From an uncultured bacterium (lineage in GTDB: Bacteria; Patescibacteriota; Saccharimonadia; UBA4664): a stretch of DNA of 64,000 nt. Position 1 is the stretch's first letter, and each line of letters starts with the position of its first letter. The notes under the pieces are model-generated. The model saw only the letters and a program-made list of their open reading frames with translations. It was not told the origin of the DNA and did not search any database. The stretch covers positions 455,113 through 519,112 of the forward strand of contig CAVRET010000001.1 in the NCBI GenBank assembly GCA_963720265.1, read 5' to 3'. Shown here in pieces: positions 19,443-28,537 of this stretch. The translations under genes and the position numbers were made by a program.

Positions 19443-19471
19443 GGGCTCCACCGCTCGCAGCAGTGGAGCCC
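19443..19471. terminator. GC-rich hairpin (9-bp perfect stem GGGCTCCAC/GTGGAGCCC, 11-nt loop) in the 47-nt gap between convergent P2 and the HExxH gene; candidate bidirectional terminator with no U-tract
   Basis: Seen directly in sequence. Confidence 0.35.
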
Positions 19472-19477
19472 AGGGGC

Positions 19478-21301
19478 CTATGTGACTACCTTTCCGAACC
19501 AGGAGATCAGCGCGTCCAGGCCAGGGCGGTGACCCTGCTTGCGCAGCGTGTTCATGAGGCAGAACATCTCCGGTAGATGCTGTTCCAGAATTCGCGCCCG
19601 CCTGGTCCAAGCCTGATCCTGGCTGCGCCTTGCGCTCAGCAACAGACCGATCCAGGCAGTTCGCTCGGTTGGGTCGAGATAGATGCCTTGGCAATACAAC
19701 GCCAAGGCATTGTCATACTCGCCGCGCGCGAAGCAATCATCTGCCGGGATGGGTTCAAGCCCATATCCCGTTGACTCGATCTGGGCGGCCCGCTCAAGGA
19801 GACCAACCAAGAACAGCGATTGCGCCCGCTCTTCCGGCTTGACCGCTTCCGCTTCGAGTACAAAGCGCAGCACGGTCGGGTTCTGCTCTGCGAGGTACGC
19901 GGATACGGCCGCTTCGATGTCTGCGGGCATAAAGCGCCGGTTGCGCAGTTGCCACATGGTTTCGTTGCACAGGTTGACGTCGTTTGCCGCAGCTTGCACT
20001 GCCGGTGACGCCGTGATTTCGATGGACTGCAGTGTCGTGATCGTTGCCTGAATGAAAACGGTCCAGGCTGGGCCGAGATGGCCGCGGGCCAAGAGCTCCG
20101 TCGCGGTATTGATGGTGGGTTCGTACCACCTCGCGAGATCGGCGGCGGCGGACGCGTGGTACCTGGCGGGACCATGTTCAAGTAGACCATGCCAGAAGCT
20201 GATCTGAACCGCAAAGGCCAGCACGCCATGCAATACTCCAAGCGTGGGCCGGGGATCGTCGCGCCACGGCGCGAACATTGTGGCCCTGCTTTCGTTTGGC
20301 GGGTAGACCCTGAGAAGTTCGTTGAGCAGCCCATGCTCGGTCTCGTGAAGCATGAGCCGCGCCAGGGTTACGGCATCAGGAGGTTCGGTCAGTGCCATGC
20401 CCCCGGGGCAGTCATCGATGGTAGAACTGCGCTCATCTCCTTCGTTTACCGGCTCGATGGGTGTCAGGCTAATAAGCAACCTTTTCACCCGCTCGAATCC
20501 GACCGGATCGCAGGCGGCGAGTATCTGACATGCCTCTGCAAAGAGAGCTTGCCAATGACCTGCATTGGTGATGCGTGCCCACTCGGCCGGCGGGTGAACA
20601 TTTCTGTACTGGTCCAGGTCATCGAGAACGACCTCATACCCGCTCGCCGGATCCTGAAGTCGTATGAACGACAGCCACGGAGGCTCGCTGGTGAGACTTG
20701 ATGCGAGCCTGACGTGATGATCGGCTTCAGCCAGGTCGAGTGCGACGCCGTCGCTTGACAGCCGCACCAAGCGGTCAGGCTCATCAGCCTCCATGATCGT
20801 GACGAGCCCTAGTGTCGGCAGAACGAGCGCGCCATTACGGACTGGTACCGGGAGATCGAAGGCCATCTGGGCACGGATGGCCATGGCGGCCAGCAGCGAA
20901 TTGAGGTGGCCGGCCATGAGTGTGAAATCTGGAGACTCCGTTTCTCTCGGGTCGTCGATTGCCCTGAGGATTTGGTTGGCCCAGTGCAGCGAAGTGGGCT
21001 GGCCGTAGAAGTATTCGTACATCAGCTCGGGGAAATCTTCCCCCAGCTTGATGAACAGCTCAACAGCCATGTCCATGCTCAGGCTTGCCGCTTGCGGCAA
21101 ATGAGGAAGCTCGACTACGACAACGCCGAGCTGGTGAACAGCATGCTGCAACCTGATCCTGCGAATTGCTTCGAGCAGGCCCGTCGCTTGGGCATTGGCT
21201 GTGCGAAAGTGTGACAGATACGGTTCGAGCGGTGAGACAACACCGTCGTCGGCTCCCATCTTAGGCCTTCCTGTTTGAGGTGCTTCCTTTGCTGGTTGCA
21301 A
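19478..21301 (-). CDS. HExxH-motif (zincin-like) putative metallopeptidase or peptide-modifying protein with C-terminal TPR-like repeats
   Basis: 607-aa ORF with LMLHETEHGLLNEL (HExxH plus nearby acidic and His residues) and C-terminal helical repeats (ALALYCQGIYLDPTERTAWIGLLLS). No other family motif recognised. Confidence 0.55.
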   Translation of the reverse strand: MQPAKEAPQTGRPKMGADDGVVSPLEPYLSHFRTANAQATGLLEAIRRIRLQHAVHQLGVVVVELPHLPQAASLSMDMAVELFIKLGEDFPELMYEYFYGQPTSLHWANQILRAIDDPRETESPDFTLMAGHLNSLLAAMAIRAQMAFDLPVPVRNGALVLPTLGLVTIMEADEPDRLVRLSSDGVALDLAEADHHVRLASSLTSEPPWLSFIRLQDPASGYEVVLDDLDQYRNVHPPAEWARITNAGHWQALFAEACQILAACDPVGFERVKRLLISLTPIEPVNEGDERSSTIDDCPGGMALTEPPDAVTLARLMLHETEHGLLNELLRVYPPNESRATMFAPWRDDPRPTLGVLHGVLAFAVQISFWHGLLEHGPARYHASAAADLARWYEPTINTATELLARGHLGPAWTVFIQATITTLQSIEITASPAVQAAANDVNLCNETMWQLRNRRFMPADIEAAVSAYLAEQNPTVLRFVLEAEAVKPEERAQSLFLVGLLERAAQIESTGYGLEPIPADDCFARGEYDNALALYCQGIYLDPTERTAWIGLLLSARRSQDQAWTRRARILEQHLPEMFCLMNTLRKQGHRPGLDALISWFGKVVT

Positions 21302-21360
21302 GGTTTAGGGCCTATTGTAAGGATTTAACCTGCCCGACTCAATTACTGACTAGTTTTTCA

Positions 21361-22620
21361 TCATTCAGGTTGAGGCGTGTCGAGGTCTTCTTGGCCGGAC
21401 AACGGATCGGTTTGATGCTCGGGTTCGTCATCATCCGTATTGGCAACGGCGTTGACCGTTTCAATGAGCGACGATTCAAGGTCGCGGCGACCGGCGCTGG
21501 GGCCAACGATGCTGGTGGCAGCATCGGCCGTGGCTTCCACGCGCGATTCGTCGGCCGAGACGATATCGATATTCCAGCCGGTGAGTTTGGCGGCCAGGCG
21601 AACGTTTTGGCCCTGCTTGCCAATCGCCAAGCTGAGTTGATCTTCGGGTACGCGCACGACAGCCTTCTTGTCGGCTTCGTTCAGATTAACGTTAACAACC
21701 TTGGTTGGGCTGAGAGCATTGGCGATGTAGGATTCCGGGTCGTCGGCAAAGGGAATGATGTCAATTTTTTCTTCGCCGAGGTCACTCATAACGGCTTGCA
21801 CACGGGAGCCGCGGCCGCCGACGAAGGTGCCGACCGCGTCGACACCAGGGGCGTGTGATTGTACCGCTACTTTGGAGCGGACGCCGGCCTCGCGGGCGAT
21901 ATTGATGATCTCAACCGTGCCGGCCTCAATTTCGGGTACCTCGAGCTCAAACAGATGGCGCACCATGTTGGGGTGGGCACGCGAGAGAACGATTTGCGGG
22001 CCGCGGGCAGTTTGCTCCACACGCACCACGTAGACTTTAAGGCGCTGGCCGGTGTAGTAGCGCTCATTGGGGATTTGCTCGCTGGCAAACAAAACACCAG
22101 TAGCCTTACCGAGATCCACGTACACAACATTGCCTTCGGCGCGCTGAACGCTGGCGGACAGTACGAGCCCTTCCTTGTCCTTGTATTCGGTGAAGACGAT
22201 CTCACGCTCGGCTTCGCGCAGGCGTTGGATAATCACTTGCTTGGCGGTTTGGGCGGCAACCCGGCCGAAGTCTTCGGGGAAGACTTCCATCTCGACCATA
22301 TAAGGCTCGTCTTCGGTGCCGACCTTGGCGTTTTTATCGAGTTTTTTGGCGTCTTTTAGATTGATGTAGAGATGCTCGTTATCGATTTCTTGATCATCCG
22401 GCACAACGGTTTTGGATACAAACAAGCGCACGTCGCCCGATTCTTGATCGAGCACGGCGCGAGCTTCTTGATCTTTATCGGAATAATCTTTCTTGTAGGC
22501 GGCGGCTAAAGCGGCCTCAACCGCTTCTATCACGATATCGCGGGGCAAATTTTTTTCTTCTGAAATGAGATTAATGGCGGCTAAAAAGTTCGTTTGCATA
22601 CGTTCGGACTCCTTATTCAA
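21361..22620 (-). CDS. nusA: Transcription termination/antitermination factor NusA
   Basis: N-terminal NusA domain, S1 and two KH domains (GKQGQNVRLAAKLTGWNIDI), acidic C-terminal tail. Confidence 0.9.
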   Translation of the reverse strand: MNKESERMQTNFLAAINLISEEKNLPRDIVIEAVEAALAAAYKKDYSDKDQEARAVLDQESGDVRLFVSKTVVPDDQEIDNEHLYINLKDAKKLDKNAKVGTEDEPYMVEMEVFPEDFGRVAAQTAKQVIIQRLREAEREIVFTEYKDKEGLVLSASVQRAEGNVVYVDLGKATGVLFASEQIPNERYYTGQRLKVYVVRVEQTARGPQIVLSRAHPNMVRHLFELEVPEIEAGTVEIINIAREAGVRSKVAVQSHAPGVDAVGTFVGGRGSRVQAVMSDLGEEKIDIIPFADDPESYIANALSPTKVVNVNLNEADKKAVVRVPEDQLSLAIGKQGQNVRLAAKLTGWNIDIVSADESRVEATADAATSIVGPSAGRRDLESSLIETVNAVANTDDDEPEHQTDPLSGQEDLDTPQPE

Positions 22621-22739
22621 TTGTTATTTAGTTGTATAAAAAGGCCGGCTGCGCGCCGACTCTTGGCCACTATTATATACAATTGTGGTCGTGGTGCAAG
22701 TTTGGGGCACAGTGCCCCGGTGGCCGGTGCACCGGGGCA

Positions 22740-23480
22740 CTACAGCAGCGGAAACCTTTGGAGGATTTCCTGCAATGCTTGGGTTATGTTCTGAAGTTGG
22801 CCCCGGCTTTTGCAATGGCTCAGTAGGACGCCGGCGATGCGGCGCAAAGCGGGATGTCCCCTGATGTAATCGCTCGCGGCATCATATGAGCCAAGCATCG
22901 CGTTGGCTCGGTCGAGCGCCACAAAAGCAGCCGCCAGCTCTTCCGGAGCGCTGCATTCCGCAAGCAGTACTTCCGCAAGAAACGCGAGTCTGGGTTCACG
23001 GCGGATAGCGGTTCGGGCGTGGCTATGGTGACGAGTAATGCGGTCGCGCCTCTCCTGGTTGGCGTTGATCCGATCCTTGGTCTTGGTGAAAGTACTGACT
23101 GCAAGCGTGCGAATAGCTGAGTCCCACAGCAGCTCGCTGAGTTCAGGCGGAATTACGAGTACCACTCGCTGATGCTCCAATGGCAGGTGCAGACGATGGT
23201 TACGGCTCGCCATGACGAACTCTTCCCGCTCATTCTCGAGATTACTACCACCATCAGGCATGATCAGTTCAATGAGCCATTCGCCGTACTGGCCTTTTCC
23301 GAAATCGACTTTTTTGCCGGCGCACAAGACGAGTGCTGCCGCGAGAACAGCCAGTCTTCGGAAACCACGGGGCCTGCGAGACAGTTGTCCAAACCACGCC
23401 CTGAGGGCGTCATCGCTTTCAAATGCGCGTCGCAGTGCCGCGAGCTCAGCCTCAGTTGGCACCATTCGAGCCGGCTTCAT
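22740..23480 (-). CDS. Hypothetical protein (246 aa)
   Basis: ORF upstream of nusA where rimP is normally found; no RimP features. Function unknown. Confidence 0.45.
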   Translation of the reverse strand: MKPARMVPTEAELAALRRAFESDDALRAWFGQLSRRPRGFRRLAVLAAALVLCAGKKVDFGKGQYGEWLIELIMPDGGSNLENEREEFVMASRNHRLHLPLEHQRVVLVIPPELSELLWDSAIRTLAVSTFTKTKDRINANQERRDRITRHHSHARTAIRREPRLAFLAEVLLAECSAPEELAAAFVALDRANAMLGSYDAASDYIRGHPALRRIAGVLLSHCKSRGQLQNITQALQEILQRFPLL

Positions 23481-23629
23481 GTGCTTCCCTCCCCTCTTTC
23501 GTCGGGCATGTCGGGATTGATATACTTAACTACTTATTTGTGTTTATGTAAAGCCATGATCAAGCGCTCATGGTTGCCGGAGCCGAGCACTGCAGGCTAC
23601 AATTGATAAAGTATTTTGAGGAGGAAGGC

Positions 23630-25129
23630 ATGCCAAAAACCATTGATAAAGCCTTTCTCGCGCTTCCGCTCGATCGGCTCGCCGAAGTGGCCCTGAGTGA
23701 GATTCGCGAGGCTGGAGCAAGTTACGGAGATTTTCGGCTCGAGCGGCTAAAAGGCCAGAATATTAACGTGCGCGACATGAGTGTCGAACGGGTGTCCAAC
23801 AGCGACGTGGTGGGTTACGCCGTGCGCGTGGTACATGGCGGGAGCTGGGGGTTTGGATCGAGTTACAACCTGTCGCCCGCGGCCGTAAAGGCGACGGTAC
23901 ACGAGGCTGTGGCAGTGGCAAAAACGCTGTCGGCGCTGAACGCTGAGCCGGTGGTAATGGCAGCGGAGCCCACGCATACCGGTTTGTATGTGTCGAGCTA
24001 TGAGGTGAACCCGTTTGATGTGGCGGACGCCGACAAGACCGGCTTTATGCTTGAGGTCAATAAAGAGGTGCTGGCCGGCGGCGCCGACCACGTGGAGTTT
24101 GGCGTTCAGGAGGCGTTGGAGAATAAGTTTTTTGCATCTACCGAGGGCACCAAGACGACTCAGCAGCGGGTGCGAGTGCAGGGTAATTTTGATGCGGTCA
24201 AGATTGACCCGGCAACGGGTGCATTTGAAACCATGCGGAGTTTAGGCGCGCCGGTGGGCCGGGGCTGGGAATACATGCAAACCGGCTACGACTACATGAA
24301 GGCGGCACAAGAAATCCCGGGGCTATTGGCTGCCAAGATGAAATCGGAATCGGTGAAGCCGGGACGGTACGATCTGGTGCTGGATCCGACCAATATGTTT
24401 TTAACGATCCACGAATCGATTGGGCACGCAACCGAGTTTGACCGGGTGCTGGGGTATGAAGCCAACTACGCCGGCACCTCGTTTGCAACACTCGATAAAT
24501 TGAACAAACTGCAATACGGCTCGAAAATTATGCACGTGACGGCTGACCGTACGGCCGAGCATGGGCTGGCCACGATCGGCTGGGATGACGAAGGGGTGGA
24601 GGCTCAGCAATGGGATCTTATTTACGGCGGGTTGCTACGCGGGTATCAACTGAATCGGCAGATGGCGCTCAAGCTGGGGTTGAAGCGTTCGAACGGTTGC
24701 GCCTTCGCGGATTCGCCGGGGCATGTGCCCATCCAGCGCATGGCGAACGTGAGTTTGCAGCCGGCAAAAGAAGAGGTTTCGACCGAGGACCTCATTAGCC
24801 GGGTGGAGAACGGGATCTACATCGTGGGCGATAAGAGTTGGTCGATTGATATGCAGCGCTACAATTTCCAGTTTACCGGCCAGCAGCTGTATGAGATTAA
24901 GAACGGCAAAATCGTGGGCCAACTCAAGGACGTTGCTTATCAGGGTATTACGACCGAGTTTTGGAACAGCATGGAGGCCGTCGGCGGGGCTAAAACCTAC
25001 CGGTTGGGCGGCGCGTTTAACTGCGGCAAGGGGCAGCCGGGCCAGGTGGCGCCGGTATCCCATGGATGTCCGTCCGCGCTATTTCGTAACATTAACATCT
25101 TGAACACGGTACAGGAGGGCGCCAAATGA
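23630..25129 (+). CDS. tldD: Metalloprotease TldD
   Basis: TldD/PmbA family sequence. Start placed at the ATG preceded by GAGGAGGAAGGC (MPKTIDKAF...); the ORF track begins 60 nt earlier. Confidence 0.85.
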   Translation: MPKTIDKAFLALPLDRLAEVALSEIREAGASYGDFRLERLKGQNINVRDMSVERVSNSDVVGYAVRVVHGGSWGFGSSYNLSPAAVKATVHEAVAVAKTLSALNAEPVVMAAEPTHTGLYVSSYEVNPFDVADADKTGFMLEVNKEVLAGGADHVEFGVQEALENKFFASTEGTKTTQQRVRVQGNFDAVKIDPATGAFETMRSLGAPVGRGWEYMQTGYDYMKAAQEIPGLLAAKMKSESVKPGRYDLVLDPTNMFLTIHESIGHATEFDRVLGYEANYAGTSFATLDKLNKLQYGSKIMHVTADRTAEHGLATIGWDDEGVEAQQWDLIYGGLLRGYQLNRQMALKLGLKRSNGCAFADSPGHVPIQRMANVSLQPAKEEVSTEDLISRVENGIYIVGDKSWSIDMQRYNFQFTGQQLYEIKNGKIVGQLKDVAYQGITTEFWNSMEAVGGAKTYRLGGAFNCGKGQPGQVAPVSHGCPSALFRNINILNTVQEGAK

Positions 25130-26493
25130 AGCCGACCGAGCTGGTAGACAATGTATTACAACTGTCGAAAGCCGATGATTGCATTGTGATTGTCGAGGAG
25201 CTGCGCAGTGTAAACGTGCGGTTTGCCAATAACACTACGACAACGAACGGCGCCGCGCACGACCTCACCTTGATCATTTTAGCGATTAAGAACAAGCGTG
25301 TGGGCATGGTGCAGCGCAGCTATGTTGATCCCAAGGGGCTGGAGGCGCTGGTGCGCGAGGCAGAGGCAAACTGCGAGTATCAGCAGCCGGCCGAGGATTA
25401 CTTTTCAGTGGAGACCGGTGATACGACGCCGGCCGACTGGGACAAGGCTGTCGTGACAACGGATGTGAGCGTATTTGCCGGCTTGGCGAAGGAGCTCGCG
25501 GCCGCGTTTAAGCAAGCCGAATCCGACGACCAGCGATTGTTTGGCTATGCTGAGCACAATGCGGCTACGTTGTGGCTAGCCAATTCCAGGGGCCTCAAGC
25601 GCCGGAACGATCAGCTGCGCGGCCAAATTGAGATTACAGCCAAGACAGCTGACTTCAGCTCGTCGGCCTGGACCGGGCAAGCCACCCGCGATTTTTCCGA
25701 TGTTGACCTGGGCGCAATGGTGGCCCGACTGCGCGAGCGGCTCGAGTGGAGCAAAACCAAGCTTGATCTGCCGGCGGGTGCCTACGACACCTTGCTCGAG
25801 CCATCAGCTGTGGCGGATCTCATGGTCTACGCCTACTGGACGGCGGCGGCGCGCGATGCTGCGGAGGGTCGGACCGTGTTTAGCGAAGCCGCTGGCAAGA
25901 CCAAGGTGGGTGAACGGCTGGCGCCACCGAATATTACGCTGTACTCCGACCCGGCCGAGCCGAATTTGAACGTTCCGGACTTTGAAATCGCCGGTGCTTC
26001 CAGTTCGTACCAATCGGTGTTCGACAACGGGGTTACGATGTCCAAAACCGCCTGGGTTGAAAACGGCGTGCTGCGGCATCTTATTACATCGCGTTACTGG
26101 GCTGACAAGGCCGGCGAGCAGGCGACGCCGTTTATCGACAACCTCGTCATGACAACCGGCGACAACCGTTCAATCAATGACCTCATTAAGGGCGTGAAGC
26201 GAGGTTTACTCGTGACGTGCCTGTGGTATATCCGTGAGGTTGACCCCCAGCGACTGCTGCTCACCGGACTGACGCGTGACGGCATCTTCCTGATCGAAGA
26301 CGGCAAGGTGAAAGGTGCGGTAAATAACTTCCGCTTTAACATGAGTCCGGTGGCAATGCTTGGGCAGATTGCCGAAGCCGGCGCGACCGGCCCGACCCTG
26401 GCGCGCGAATTTGGCGATTACTTCACGTTTACCAAGATGCCGCCGCTCGTGATCCACAACTTCAATATGAGCTCGGTGTCCCAAGCGACCTAG
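25126..26493 (+). CDS. pmbA: Metalloprotease PmbA/TldE
   Basis: 455 aa, TldD/PmbA family, translationally coupled to tldD (ATGA overlap). Confidence 0.8.
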   Translation: MKPTELVDNVLQLSKADDCIVIVEELRSVNVRFANNTTTTNGAAHDLTLIILAIKNKRVGMVQRSYVDPKGLEALVREAEANCEYQQPAEDYFSVETGDTTPADWDKAVVTTDVSVFAGLAKELAAAFKQAESDDQRLFGYAEHNAATLWLANSRGLKRRNDQLRGQIEITAKTADFSSSAWTGQATRDFSDVDLGAMVARLRERLEWSKTKLDLPAGAYDTLLEPSAVADLMVYAYWTAAARDAAEGRTVFSEAAGKTKVGERLAPPNITLYSDPAEPNLNVPDFEIAGASSSYQSVFDNGVTMSKTAWVENGVLRHLITSRYWADKAGEQATPFIDNLVMTTGDNRSINDLIKGVKRGLLVTCLWYIREVDPQRLLLTGLTRDGIFLIEDGKVKGAVNNFRFNMSPVAMLGQIAEAGATGPTLAREFGDYFTFTKMPPLVIHNFNMSSVSQAT

Positions 26494-26547
26494 TCGAGGG
26501 CGTTTTCGATTATTTCTATGGTGGGCTGGTCGAGCGGACCGGTCAGC

Positions 26548-27180
26548 TTACGTGGTCAGTGTGGCCGCGATAAGCTGGACCGGTTTAAAGCTTCTACGAT
26601 GGAGCGGCGTTAGGCCCTCACGTGCTAAGACTGTTTGGTGCAGCTGCGTGCCATAGCCTTTGTTGGCGGCGAAATTATAGGCCGGATAGTGCGCATTCTG
26701 CTCGATCATGTACTGATCGCGCGCGACCTTGGCGATAATCGAGGCGGCAGCGATGCTCAGAGAGAGTTGGTCGCCCTTAATAATGGCTTGCGAATAACAA
26801 TGGCCTGCGAGATAGTTGTGACTTCCGTCGAGCAAAACGGCATCGTACGGGTGGCGTAAATCGGCCAGCGCTCGCAAGCCCGATTCTTTCACTGCCCAGC
26901 TCAGGCCGTGTTCGTCAAGCTCGGCGGCTTCGACCCAGCCAAGGCCGATGGCAACGGCCCGTTGCCGAATGAGGCCGTCTAGACTCGCGCGCTGCTTGGC
27001 CGTGAGTAACTTGGAGTCGGTGACACCGGTGAGACGTGAGCGTAGCGGCAAAATTACCGCGCCGGCCACCACCGGGCCGGCCCAACAGCCACGGCCGACC
27101 TCATCAATGCCTGCCACCAGTGCATGCCCGCCTGCAATCAGGGTAAGGGCATGCTTGTGGGTTGGTGCGGCAACCTTCAT
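26548..27180 (-). CDS. rnhB: Ribonuclease HII
   Basis: 210 aa with N-terminal active site GIDEVGRGCWAGPVVAGAV and DSK motif. Confidence 0.85.
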   Translation of the reverse strand: MKVAAPTHKHALTLIAGGHALVAGIDEVGRGCWAGPVVAGAVILPLRSRLTGVTDSKLLTAKQRASLDGLIRQRAVAIGLGWVEAAELDEHGLSWAVKESGLRALADLRHPYDAVLLDGSHNYLAGHCYSQAIIKGDQLSLSIAAASIIAKVARDQYMIEQNAHYPAYNFAANKGYGTQLHQTVLAREGLTPLHRRSFKPVQLIAATLTT

Positions 27181-27239
27181 GGTTTTGATTGTAGTACAGT
27201 CCTATACCCAGGTGCTGCCACCTGTTCATGGGAATGCGC

Positions 27240-27521
27240 TCAACCCGTTATGCAGGATTGAGCGTCGGCGCGGACCAGTCGGATAGCGTCCGCCACGAGG
27301 CCGCTTACCAGCGACTCGGGGCGGTGCTCCTCCCTTTCCAACACGTGGATGTTCCCGTACTCGGGCCACGTGTCGGCCATAGCCGCGTCACACGAGCGCA
27401 TGCACGTGTAAAACGGCTCCGGGTGATCGCCGTTGCCGACGACTCGGAGCAGGTGCACTACAAAGTACTGCACCCTCGGGTCCCAGGACTTCGAAGCCCT
27501 GGAGTGTACGGACGCGACCAC
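27240..27521 (-). CDS. Doubtful small ORF (93 aa); the start lies inside a strong inverted repeat
   Basis: ORF track only. The region may be non-coding. Confidence 0.2.
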   Translation of the reverse strand: MVASVHSRASKSWDPRVQYFVVHLLRVVGNGDHPEPFYTCMRSCDAAMADTWPEYGNIHVLEREEHRPESLVSGLVADAIRLVRADAQSCITG

Positions 27522-27546
27522 GCTCGGCGTGATCGCGTCCGTACAC
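27504..27546. repeat. Perfect 13-bp inverted repeat GTGTACGGACGCG-N17-CGCGTCCGTACAC
   Basis: Seen directly; GC-rich stem, no U-tract on either strand. Confidence 0.6.
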
Positions 27547-27668
27547 CAGCCCGGCAGGGCCGATCCCGTAGAAAGCCATTGCTGGCCTCCCTCCTCCGGC
27601 TTGTGCCGGTACTCGCAACCACCCCTGTGGCGGTTGAGCGTTATATATAATGGTAAATTTTCTATATT

Positions 27669-28535
27669 ATGTCAAGAGTTTGGATTTCGCCACTTCGCGG
27701 TTATGATTGTCTTATGCAAGAGCATGCAGAACACGCGCATAATCCTGATGCGGCGCCCGAGCGAGCGGACGAGAGTGCCATACTCACATTTAACCTTTTG
27801 GGCGACAGACTGGCGGGCAGCGAAATTGTCAGTGAGCCGGGTGCGCCGTCACGCCGTGAAGCATACTACCAGCTTGACGACGGGAGATTGGTGCGGGTTG
27901 AATCCACTAATGTTCCCGATACCCCTCCCGAATCCACATCTGTTACCGTTGATTTGGCTGAAGTTGGTCCCGGTGTCAATCCATGGTTTATCAAGCAGCG
28001 TTATGTTGAACAAGACGGCCATATGAGCAAATTCACTGGTGACCGTTCTGCGCCTGAGCAGCAACAAGCCACCGGTGGCGGTCCGCACGCGCCAGCTGAT
28101 CACCCATCTAATCTTGATGAAGCAACGAACGTTGATGCTATACAACAGCGCTATGATGCGCTGTTGGGCATCGAGCGTGAAGATGATTTAAACAGCACCC
28201 AGGCGCGTGCCGACCTAGCCAGCGCAAACGCGCCGGCGGAGGACGACCCAGAAGATGCCGAGGCAGATCCACGTTTTGCAGCGTTCCAGCCCAGACAAAA
28301 TGTGGATGCATTCGCGGTTGAGGCCGAGAGGGATGTGCGCCGAGGTGAACTAGTTGAATTAGGCACGCATCACGGAATTTACGAGCCAGACGGAAGCGAG
28401 ACGGTTTATCAGCATGATGTTCGCGAGGTCAATGAAGCGCTCGGCAGCCTCGGTCCGGAACAGCGTATCAGCCCGGACGAGTACCGCGCGGTTTTGGGTC
28501 GAGGTTCAAACCTTGGACCTAGGAACGTTTCCTAG
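27669..28535 (+). CDS. Hypothetical acidic, low-complexity protein (288 aa)
   Basis: Only long ORF in this interval, and D/E/P-rich. It is preceded by an AT-rich TATATATAAT element. It converges on rplS. Confidence 0.4.
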   Translation: MSRVWISPLRGYDCLMQEHAEHAHNPDAAPERADESAILTFNLLGDRLAGSEIVSEPGAPSRREAYYQLDDGRLVRVESTNVPDTPPESTSVTVDLAEVGPGVNPWFIKQRYVEQDGHMSKFTGDRSAPEQQQATGGGPHAPADHPSNLDEATNVDAIQQRYDALLGIEREDDLNSTQARADLASANAPAEDDPEDAEADPRFAAFQPRQNVDAFAVEAERDVRRGELVELGTHHGIYEPDGSETVYQHDVREVNEALGSLGPEQRISPDEYRAVLGRGSNLGPRNVS

Positions 28536-28537
28536 GC

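Noticed and set aside
18860-19480. Possible structured ncRNA (RNase P RNA, tmRNA, SRP RNA, 6S) in the long intergenic region
   Set aside because: The conserved cores were absent on both strands: no GGAAAGUCCGGGCUCC / ACAGAACCCGGCUUA (RNase P), no tRNA-like GGUUCGAUUCC...CCACCA end (tmRNA), no GUCAGGUCCGGAAGGAAGCAGC (SRP). GAGGAAAGGG at 19250 looked like the RNase P P4 start but is better explained as the P2 ribosome-binding site.
27181-28537. Expected lepB (signal peptidase I) between rplS and rnhB on the minus strand
   Set aside because: No minus-strand ORF longer than 98 aa and no SMxPT/GDNR motifs in any frame. The interval is instead occupied by a plus-strand acidic ORF and the inverted repeat.
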